From Solirubrobacterales bacterium (lineage in GTDB: Bacteria > Actinomycetota > Thermoleophilia > Solirubrobacterales > 70-9): DNA of 32,726 nucleotides. Position numbers and translations under genes: made by a program. Positions 15,508 through 22,340 of this stretch are shown here, in pieces; position 1 is the first letter of the stretch; each line of letters begins with the position of its first letter. The stretch is from positions 1-32,726 of the forward strand of contig JBMSXD010000001.1 in assembly GCA_049425265.1 (NCBI GenBank). The letters run 5' to 3'. The notes beneath the pieces were generated by a model. The model ran no database searches. It saw only the letters and a list, made by a program, of their open reading frames with translations, and had not been told where the DNA came from.

Positions 15508-17444
15508 GCGAGGAAGACGAGACGGGCATGGAAGGTCAGGAGGAGGAAACAGGGGCGGCCCCGGAAGAGGCTGTGGCCGAGGAAGAAGCCGCAACGGCTG
15601 AGACTCCCCCCGACGCATCCGGGGAAGAAGCCACCGTTACGGAGTCCACCGTTACGGAGTCCGAGGCGGAAATCACCGTCGTGGACTCCGGGGAGGAAGT
15701 CACCACTGTCGAGCAGTCTGAGGATGCGGCCGACCCCTCCCCCGACGCTGGGCTCTATCCCAAGACCGAACCGATCCCCAGGCCGGAGGTATCGGTCGAG
15801 GGCGAACCGGGGCCAAGGCAGCGCTGGATCGAACTCGCGACCAGCGCCGACCACAAGGACATCGGTCGAATACTCATCGGCACCTCCGTCGGCTCCCTCT
15901 TTCTTGCGGCCGTGCTCCTGGTGCTGCTCCGGCTCCAGCTGGCCATCCCCGAAAACGGCTTCCTCGAGCCGGTCACGTTCGACCGGTTGCTCTCGCTCTA
16001 CGGGGCAACAGCGATCTTCTTCTTCCTCCTGCCGCTCTTCTTCGGACTCTTCTACTTCCTGGTGCCCCTGATGATCGGGAGCCGGGGGACCGCCCTTCCC
16101 CGGCTGGGTCAGGTCGGCATGTGGCTGATCCTGCTCGGTGGGGTACTGCTCTACTCGACCATCCTCTACACGCCACCGGAAGCAGGGATCAACCCGCTTC
16201 CGCCGCTCTCGGAGCTCGCCTTCACCTCGAACAACGGGGTCGACGCCTGGATCGCCGGGGTCGGTTTGGCGACTCTCGGGTACATCCTGATCACGATCGA
16301 CCTGCTGGTGACGATCCGGCACCTGCGGGCCCCCGGGATGGCCTGGCGTCGGACGCCGGTTCTGGTCTGGACCGCCGCCGTGGTCACCTGGCTGTTCGCG
16401 ATCATCGGACCGATCTTCCTCGCCGCGGCGACGATGCTGATGATCGACCGTCGCCTAGGGGGAGGGTTCTTCACCGGTGGCGCGGGCGGGGCCCCGCTGC
16501 TCTGGCAGCACCTCTCGTACATCTTCTTCGCGGGGGTCTACGCGCTCACCGCGATCTCGGCACTCGGTGTGGCGACCGAAGTGATCCAGACATTCACCGG
16601 GCGGCGTTCTCCCGATCGCAAAGTGATCTTTGGATCGATGGTGGCGATCGCAGTGATGGGAACCCTTGCCTGGGGCCAAAACATGTACACGGCACCGATC
16701 GGAATCGGGGTCAAGTACTTCGCGATGTTCATGGCCATCGGCCTCATCGTTCCCTTCGGGCTGATCTACAACTCGTTGATTCGAGCGGTTTCCAGGTCCG
16801 ATTTCCACATGCGGGCCCCGCTTAGGTATGCGATGGGGGCGCTCTCGTTCGGCTCGATCGGACTCCTGGTCGAGCTCAGCCAGTCGACGATCGCGGTCGG
16901 TACCCAGCTCCAGCAGACCTACGACGCCTGGGCCGCGACCCACTTCGCGATGATCGGGTTCGGCCTGTTCGGAGGCCTCGCCGCCCTCAGTTACTGGTAC
17001 CCGAAGATGACCGGCCGGATGCTGAATGAGGACCGTGCCAGGAAGTCGTTCTGGCTCGTGGTCGGCGGCACGGCGATCGCCGTAGTGCCCCTGTTCGGTG
17101 CCGGCGTCGAGGGGCAGGTGACCGACGCCTTCCGGTTCGCGGAGGGTGAGGGAGTAAGCGCCTACAACCTGATCGCGACCCTTGGCACCCTGCTGCTCTT
17201 CCTGGGCATCGTCCTGACGATCGGGAACCTGATCCGCAGTCGGGTCGAGGAACCCCTGGCGCCCCCGGACCCCTGGCTCGGGGAGACGCTCGAGTGGCTC
17301 GCCCTCTCCCCGCCCCCAGCCCACAACTTCGATGAGCTGCCGGATGTCCGCAGCGAGGTCCCGCTGACCGACATCCGCGAAGTCCTGACCCGTTTAGACC
17401 GTGAGCGTGATCATGAAGCGCGCGAAACCGAGCCGGTAGCCTGA
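15504..17444 (+). CDS. Heme-copper oxidase subunit I-like 12-TM protein lacking heme/CuB ligands, with an acidic N-terminal extension
   Basis: Colinear with CtaD from 'ADHKDIG' to 'TLEWLALSPPPAHNFDELP', but 5 of the 6 ligand His are replaced (see findings). The GTG start overlaps the upstream TGA (GTGA). The first ~100 aa are Glu/Thr/Ala-rich, so the true start could be later. Confidence 0.8.
   Translation: MSEEDETGMEGQEEETGAAPEEAVAEEEAATAETPPDASGEEATVTESTVTESEAEITVVDSGEEVTTVEQSEDAADPSPDAGLYPKTEPIPRPEVSVEGEPGPRQRWIELATSADHKDIGRILIGTSVGSLFLAAVLLVLLRLQLAIPENGFLEPVTFDRLLSLYGATAIFFFLLPLFFGLFYFLVPLMIGSRGTALPRLGQVGMWLILLGGVLLYSTILYTPPEAGINPLPPLSELAFTSNNGVDAWIAGVGLATLGYILITIDLLVTIRHLRAPGMAWRRTPVLVWTAAVVTWLFAIIGPIFLAAATMLMIDRRLGGGFFTGGAGGAPLLWQHLSYIFFAGVYALTAISALGVATEVIQTFTGRRSPDRKVIFGSMVAIAVMGTLAWGQNMYTAPIGIGVKYFAMFMAIGLIVPFGLIYNSLIRAVSRSDFHMRAPLRYAMGALSFGSIGLLVELSQSTIAVGTQLQQTYDAWAATHFAMIGFGLFGGLAALSYWYPKMTGRMLNEDRARKSFWLVVGGTAIAVVPLFGAGVEGQVTDAFRFAEGEGVSAYNLIATLGTLLLFLGIVLTIGNLIRSRVEEPLAPPDPWLGETLEWLALSPPPAHNFDELPDVRSEVPLTDIREVLTRLDRERDHEARETEPVA
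15631..15660 (+). repeat. Perfect 15-bp tandem duplication (2 copies) inside the acidic N-terminal coding region
   Basis: CCACCGTTACGGAGT occurs at 15631-15645 and again at 15646-15660, encoding 'TVTES-TVTES'. Confidence 0.9.
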
Positions 17445-17448
17445 TGTC

Positions 17449-18378
17449 ATGAGCGCTGACGCCACCGGTGCAGGAGTGCGCAGAAGGACTGAGTCGGGCA
17501 ACTCGCTGCTCGGCGACGTGGCGACAGTCGTCCTCGACTACCTGAGTCTGACCAAGCCGAGGATCATCAGCCTGCTTCTCCTGACCACGGTCGCGACGAT
17601 GTTCGTCGCCGATCCGAACGGGCCTTCGCTCTCGGTGATCCTCTGGACGATGCTCGGGGGCTACCTGGCAGCCGGGGGGGCAGGTGCGATCAACCACTAC
17701 CTCGACCGTGACCGGGACGCCCTTATGGCCCGGACCAGTGGGAGGCCACTGGTTACCGGGCGGATCGAGCCGATCAACGGCCTGATCTTCGGGATCGGCC
17801 TCGGGATTGCCGCCTTCGGACAGCTATGGATGACGGTCAACCTGCTGACCGCCGTACTCGCGATGGTCGGGCTGCTCGGCTACGTCCTCCTCTACACCCT
17901 CTGGCTGAAGCCCCTGACCCCGCAGAACATCGTGATCGGCGGCAGTGCCGGCGCGGTCCCGCCGCTGGTCGGCTGGGCAGCAGCCACGGGAACCCTCTCC
18001 TGGGAGGCCGCATGGCCCTTCCTGATCGTCTTCTTCTGGACCCCTCCCCACTTCTGGGCCCTCTCTTTGATGATCAAGGACGACTACGCCCGGACCGGCA
18101 TCCCGATGCTCCCGGTGGTCCGGGGTGAAGCCCACACCCGGCGCCAAATCCTCCTCTACGCGGTCGTCCTGCTGGCAGTGTCGCTCGGACCGGTCGCAAC
18201 CGGGCTGCTCGGGGGCCTCTACCTGGCCTCGGCCCTTGTCCTCGGGGTCGCCTTCATCGGGTTTGCCCTGCTGCTCGAGAGACGTGCCGGGGAGCGCCTT
18301 GCCCTGAGGACCTACATCTTCTCCCTCGCTTACCTTGCCCTGTTGTTCATCGCAATGGCCGTCGACGCGGTCGTCTGA
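17449..18378 (+). CDS. ctaB: Protoheme IX farnesyltransferase (heme O synthase)
   Basis: UbiA-type polytopic protein with 'YLSLTKPRIISLLLLTTVATM', 'GAINHYLDRDRDALMARTSGRPL' (NxxxDxxxD) and 'WTPPHFWALS'. Confidence 0.92.
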   Translation: MSADATGAGVRRRTESGNSLLGDVATVVLDYLSLTKPRIISLLLLTTVATMFVADPNGPSLSVILWTMLGGYLAAGGAGAINHYLDRDRDALMARTSGRPLVTGRIEPINGLIFGIGLGIAAFGQLWMTVNLLTAVLAMVGLLGYVLLYTLWLKPLTPQNIVIGGSAGAVPPLVGWAAATGTLSWEAAWPFLIVFFWTPPHFWALSLMIKDDYARTGIPMLPVVRGEAHTRRQILLYAVVLLAVSLGPVATGLLGGLYLASALVLGVAFIGFALLLERRAGERLALRTYIFSLAYLALLFIAMAVDAVV

Positions 18379-18390
18379 TCGGAGGCTGGA

Positions 18391-18504
18391 ATGGACCGAA
18401 ACGAATCGAAGAAGCTGCTTTCCTCAGGCCTCCTGACCGGTACGGGAATCGCGATTCTCTTCGCGCTCACCTTCCTGTTCTCCACCTTCTACCTCGCCTC
18501 CTGA
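18391..18504 (+). CDS. Small single-TM protein (37 aa), not in the supplied ORF track
   Basis: ATG 18391 is preceded by GGAGG (18381-18385, 5-nt spacer), 12 nt after the ctaB stop. The product is 'MDRNESKKLLSSGLLTGTGIAILFALTFLFSTFYLAS', a basic N-terminus followed by one hydrophobic helix. The TGA at 18502-18504 lies 4 nt before the next ATG. Confidence 0.45.
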   Translation: MDRNESKKLLSSGLLTGTGIAILFALTFLFSTFYLAS

Positions 18505-18508
18505 ACCG

Positions 18509-18811
18509 ATGGCCGACGAGTCCAGCCAGCCAACCATTCCCGAGCCGACGGAGACGATCCGCCTGCCGGCACCGTCCTGGGCACCGGCCGTCCTCGCCTT
18601 CGGGATCCTCGGAATCGTCGCGGGTGCCTTCGCGACCGGCTTCATGTTCCCACCGCTCTGGTTCGCGATCCTCGGAGCGTTCCTCGCGGTTTTCGCCCTT
18701 CGGAGCATGATCCGACGCGGCGTCCGGTCGTTCTACGGGCTCCCGCGTGAAGAGGATCAGCCGCGAGCGGAGATCCCGGTCGACAGCTTCGGTCCACCCC
18801 GTCTGGACTGA
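18509..18811 (+). CDS. Hypothetical 2-TM membrane protein (100 aa)
   Basis: Two hydrophobic helices ('APAVLAFGILGIVAGAFATGF', 'LWFAILGAFLAVFALRSMI') with high-GC3 codon usage. It is tightly packed after the 37-aa ORF. I recognised no family. Confidence 0.6.
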   Translation: MADESSQPTIPEPTETIRLPAPSWAPAVLAFGILGIVAGAFATGFMFPPLWFAILGAFLAVFALRSMIRRGVRSFYGLPREEDQPRAEIPVDSFGPPRLD

Positions 18812-18818
18812 ACTGCCC

Positions 18819-19262
18819 TCAGGCAGCCTGCCGGTCGGGGGGATCTTCCGAGGTTGCACCGTCGGAAGTCCAGGCTCTCATGATGTCCCTCATCGAGAGG
18901 ACTCCGACCAGCTCGCCGTCGGAACAGACGACCAGATGCCTTATTCCCCGCTTTGACATCTCGGTCGCAGCCCGCTCCATGCTCCAGTCCGGGGATGCGG
19001 TGATCACCTTCTCACTCATGTGGTCCCGAACCAGCTCCGAGTCTGGATCGAGTCCCGAGCCAATGGCATTCAGGAGATCTCGTTCCGTCAGCACCCGGGG
19101 AACGGGCCACTCCTCGTCCTCGACGATCGCCGCTCCTATCCCCCGCTCCGACATCCGCGAAGCGGCTTCTCGAAGACTCAAACTGGGGCCGATCCTCAAG
19201 ACGACCTCCGACATCCCGACTTGAATCTCCACTTCTGTTCCTTCCTCCGAACCCGGATTCAC
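18819..19262 (-). CDS. CBS-pair domain protein
   Basis: Two CBS repeats ('IGAAIVEDEE..VLTERDLLNAI' and 'GIRHLVVCSDGELVGVLSMRDIM'). The start is GTG 19262, or ATG 19214 ('MSEVVLRIG'). Confidence 0.8.
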   Translation of the reverse strand: MNPGSEEGTEVEIQVGMSEVVLRIGPSLSLREAASRMSERGIGAAIVEDEEWPVPRVLTERDLLNAIGSGLDPDSELVRDHMSEKVITASPDWSMERAATEMSKRGIRHLVVCSDGELVGVLSMRDIMRAWTSDGATSEDPPDRQAA

Positions 19263-19312
19263 AGTTCCAGGAGTTTGTGCTGATTGCCTCCAGCCTACCC
19301 CAATCCCCTGGG

Positions 19313-19341
19313 TTCGTAAACATCTGACCGATCGGTAGAAT
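19313..19341 (+). promoter_or_regulatory. Candidate promoter of the cytochrome c / ctaA unit (TTCGTA-N17-TAGAAT)
   Basis: TAGAAT at 19336-19341 lies 11 nt before ATG 19353, and TTCGTA at 19313-19318 gives a 17-nt spacer. The region is locally AT-rich and intergenic. Confidence 0.35.
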
Positions 19342-19352
19342 CTGGAGTCCCG

Positions 19353-20063
19353 ATGAGTCGTCGTTCCCTCACCCTCAAGACTCTCTCGACCCTTTCGGCG
19401 GGCGGACTCCTCATCGCGCTTGCCTCCGGATGCGGGACCGAGAGTTCGGCCGAGATCTCAGGCGGCTTCCAGGACAGGGGCCGTCAGATCTTCAACTCCA
19501 AGTGCGGGACCTGTCATAAGCTGGCTCAGGCGGCGAGCCAGGGTAACCAGGGACCCAACCTCGATACTGCCTTCGCCGCGGCCCGAGCTGCCGGAATGAG
19601 CGAGGACACCGTGAAGGGAGTGGTGCTCTACCAGATCTACCATCCCCGTCCTTCGGTCAAGGGTTACCCCGGCGTCTCGATGCCGGCGAACATAGTCACC
19701 GGCAACGACGCCGAGGACGTAGCCGCCTACGTCGCCCGTTACGCGGGTGTCCCGGGTGCCAAACCGCCGATCGCCCCGGGTGAAGGTCCAGGTGCCCAGG
19801 TGTATGCGAATCAGGGCTGTGGCTCCTGCCATATTTTCGCCGCCGCCGAATCGGCCGGTGTCCTCGGGCCCAACCTCGACGAGTACATCCCGAAGATGTC
19901 CAAGGCTCAGATCAAGCAGGCCATCACCAACCCGAGCGCAACCAAGGCGAAGGGGTACGAGAACGCCGTGATGCCAAATCGCTGGGCTAACCTCCCGCCG
20001 AAGGAACTCGACGAGCTAGTCAACTTCCTCGTCGATTACGCCGCCGGACCCGGCGGGAACTGA
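19353..20063 (+). CDS. Di-heme class I c-type cytochrome, probable lipoprotein
   Basis: Signal peptide ending 'LIALASGCG' (lipobox-like). Two heme-binding motifs, 'CGTCH' and 'CGSCH', each followed by a candidate Met ligand ('VSMPAN', 'AVMPNR'). Confidence 0.85.
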   Translation: MSRRSLTLKTLSTLSAGGLLIALASGCGTESSAEISGGFQDRGRQIFNSKCGTCHKLAQAASQGNQGPNLDTAFAAARAAGMSEDTVKGVVLYQIYHPRPSVKGYPGVSMPANIVTGNDAEDVAAYVARYAGVPGAKPPIAPGEGPGAQVYANQGCGSCHIFAAAESAGVLGPNLDEYIPKMSKAQIKQAITNPSATKAKGYENAVMPNRWANLPPKELDELVNFLVDYAAGPGGN

Positions 20064-20091
20064 GGACCGGCCCGCTACCGGACCCGGCAGC

Positions 20092-21042
20092 GTGGCCGCC
20101 CGCTTGAAGAACCTCTCGATCTCTCCGGAGACCTACTCGAAGGTCGCCGGGGCCGCCCTCGTCGCGCTGATCCTGATCGTCTTCACCGGATCGGCGGTGC
20201 GTCTGACCGCCTCGGGGCTCGGCTGCCCCGACTGGCCCCGCTGCTACGGCGAATACATCCCGCCCAGCCAGCTGAACGCCTGGATCGAGTTCGGGAACCG
20301 GATGTTGACCGGCCTGGTCGGTCTGGCCGTGGTCGCCGCCTCCCTGCTCGCCTTCTTCCGGCGACCCTTCCGGTGGCATCTGGCAGCGTTCGGCGCTCTG
20401 CTGCCCCTCGGGGTGATCGGACAGGTCATGCTCGGTGCCTTCGTGGTCGAGTACCACCTGCCGCCGGAACTGGTGATCGGACACTTCATCCTCTCGATGA
20501 TCCTGCTCGACGCGGCCTTCGTGCTGTTCTGGTGCTCTCGCTACGAGCCCGGTGAACGTCGCTTCTCGACCGATGTCTTCGGGGTGTGGTCGGTCAGGGC
20601 CCTGATTCCACTCGGCCAGCTAACGGTGCTCCTGGGAACGATCACGACGGCGTCCGGGCCACACCCCGGTGACCACGATCGTGAGCTGGTCCAGAGGTTC
20701 GACTTCAAGGGGCCCGAAACGCTCGAGTGGATCGTCCAGCGACACGCGACGATGGCCGTCCTGTTCGGGCTTGGGACCCTTGTAGTGCTGGCGATCCTGA
20801 TGCGTCGGGGGGGTGACCGCAGGGCAGTCAGGCCCGTCTCGGTCGTTGCCGGTCTGATCGGCTTCCAGATCGCACTCGGGATAACCCAGTGGCTCCTCGA
20901 GCTGCCTGCGATCCTGGTCTGGTTCCACGTGGTGACCGCAACCCTGATCTGGGTCGCGGTGCTCTGGGCGGTCGCGACGGCCGGCCAGATCGACTACGCA
21001 CGGGGACGAGCGCCTGCCCGTGCCGCGCCGGGGGTATCCTGA
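20092..21042 (+). CDS. ctaA: Heme A synthase (COX15/CtaA family)
   Basis: 8-TM protein with 'GSAVRLTASGLGCPDWPRCYG' and conserved His in the TM helices ('HFILS', 'HPGDHD', 'WFHV'). Confidence 0.88.
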   Translation: MAARLKNLSISPETYSKVAGAALVALILIVFTGSAVRLTASGLGCPDWPRCYGEYIPPSQLNAWIEFGNRMLTGLVGLAVVAASLLAFFRRPFRWHLAAFGALLPLGVIGQVMLGAFVVEYHLPPELVIGHFILSMILLDAAFVLFWCSRYEPGERRFSTDVFGVWSVRALIPLGQLTVLLGTITTASGPHPGDHDRELVQRFDFKGPETLEWIVQRHATMAVLFGLGTLVVLAILMRRGGDRRAVRPVSVVAGLIGFQIALGITQWLLELPAILVWFHVVTATLIWVAVLWAVATAGQIDYARGRAPARAAPGVS

Positions 21043-21046
21043 CTCC

Positions 21047-21409
21047 ATGGAAGATTTTCTCGAGGGGTCACACCCCGTTTTCCAGGGCTTCGAGCCCGAT
21101 CCGTTCGATCCCGACCAGGTGATCGACGGTGACCCCGAGGCCTTCGACCTGACCCTCTCGGAATCGGGAGACGGGGCAGAAGTGGCCGGCTTCTGGATGT
21201 GTACCCCGGGGACCTTCTCCGACACCGAGGAGGAGGAATCGTTCGTCGTCATCCGGGGCAAGGCCGAGGTCGAGATGGCCGACGGCACGAGGATCGCCCT
21301 CGGGCCGGGCGACACCCACAGCTTCCGGGCCGGTGAAAAGACCGTCTGGAAGGTGACCCAACCACTGGTCAAGTCCTACTGGGCCAGACCGACTCACGGC
21401 CCGGCCTAG
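21047..21409 (+). CDS. Cupin domain protein (DUF861 / cupin_3-like)
   Basis: About 120 aa with 'GFWMCTPGTFSDTEEEESFVVIRGKAEVEMADGTRIALGPGDTHSFRAGEKTVWKVTQPLVKSY', the typical small cupin_3 pattern. ATG 21047 lies 4 nt after the ctaA stop. Confidence 0.7.
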   Translation: MEDFLEGSHPVFQGFEPDPFDPDQVIDGDPEAFDLTLSESGDGAEVAGFWMCTPGTFSDTEEEESFVVIRGKAEVEMADGTRIALGPGDTHSFRAGEKTVWKVTQPLVKSYWARPTHGPA

Positions 21410-21417
21410 CCCGGAGC

Positions 21418-21741
21418 CTAGCCGTCCTCGGAATCCCCGTCGCGGCCAGTTGGCGGCCCCTCCGGCCCCTCGCCCTCGAGCGTGTCGGTCCCACGGAGCC
21501 TCCGCCAGGCGCCCCGCATGGCGACGACCGAGACGAAGGCCCCCAGCAGCAGCGCAGCGATGAACCCGACCGTGGACGAGATCAACTTGGCGAGGAGGAT
21601 GACCAAGGCGGCGGCAACGATCACCGCAACGACCCATCTGAACGCGGCCTGTTCGGACTCGAGCGGGTTGCCCAGCCTGAACCTCCGATCTGACCGGCCC
21701 TCGGTCAGAGGATGTAGATCGTCGTGAACACCACGACCCAC
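21418..21741 (-). CDS. Hypothetical 2-TM membrane protein downstream of ctaE (possible small oxidase subunit)
   Basis: Two hydrophobic helices ('FRWVVAVIVAAALVILLAKLI', 'VGFIAALLLGAFVSVVAM') and an acidic tail. GTG 21741 would overlap ctaE by 37 nt, and the only later in-frame candidates are CTG/GTG, so the start is uncertain. Confidence 0.45.
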   Translation of the reverse strand: MGRGVHDDLHPLTEGRSDRRFRLGNPLESEQAAFRWVVAVIVAAALVILLAKLISSTVGFIAALLLGAFVSVVAMRGAWRRLRGTDTLEGEGPEGPPTGRDGDSEDG

Positions 21742-22340
21742 ATGATGTCCACGAAGTGCCAGTAGATGCCGGGCACTTCGACACCCAGGTGGTCCTTCTC
21801 GGCGGGGCCGAAGTGGCCGCGGAAGGCCCTGATGTTCGCGAAGGTCAACAACAGCAGGCCGACGAATACGTGGGCCCCGTGAAGTCCAGTGAGGCTGAAG
21901 AAGATCGAGCCGAAGGCGCCGTCAGCAGGCGAGAAACCGATGTGGATGTACTCGTTGATCTGGATGAAGAGGAAGGTCACACCGAGCAACCAGGTCATCA
22001 CAAGCCCCAGCTTCAGTCCGTTGTGGTTGTTGTGCCGGATCGCCTCCAGCGCGTAGTGCACGGTGAAGCTCGAGGAGATCAGGATGACCGTGTTGATCCC
22101 GGCGATAAGGACAGGCAGTTCGATCCCGACCGGAGGCCAGGTATCGGGGCCGACGACGACCCGGAGGAAGAAGTAGGCCGCGAAGAAGCTTGCGAACAGC
22201 ATTACCTCCGAGAGGATGAAGAGGAGGATCCCGAGGATCGTCTGATCGATCCGGGCGCTCTGGTTAGCCTCGGGAGGACCGTGGTGGTGGTCCTCGGCGG
22301 GGGTCGCGTGACCGGTTGTGGCGACGCTGGCGCTCTCCAT
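21705..22340 (-). CDS. ctaE: Cytochrome c oxidase subunit III
   Basis: 'FFSLTGLHGAHVFVGLLLL' and C-terminal 'VEVPGIYWHFVDIMWVVVFTTIYIL' are canonical COX3 blocks. Confidence 0.92.
   Translation of the reverse strand: MESASVATTGHATPAEDHHHGPPEANQSARIDQTILGILLFILSEVMLFASFFAAYFFLRVVVGPDTWPPVGIELPVLIAGINTVILISSSFTVHYALEAIRHNNHNGLKLGLVMTWLLGVTFLFIQINEYIHIGFSPADGAFGSIFFSLTGLHGAHVFVGLLLLTFANIRAFRGHFGPAEKDHLGVEVPGIYWHFVDIMWVVVFTTIYIL

Noticed and set aside
14344-15618. 424-aa minus-strand ORF across the PAP2 5' region and the subunit II-like gene.
   Set aside because: It has shadow-frame composition (Arg/Pro/Gly-rich) and no TM or domain logic. It conflicts with two well-supported genes.
14689-17444. 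The ligand-less oxidase pair as simple pseudogenes or sequencing artefacts.
   Set aside because: Both ORFs are uninterrupted (272 and 646 codons), keep their TM hydrophobicity pattern and non-ligand conserved blocks, and are translationally coupled. Point errors could not convert so many separate ligand codons. Decay is not excluded and remains listed as the refuting hypothesis.
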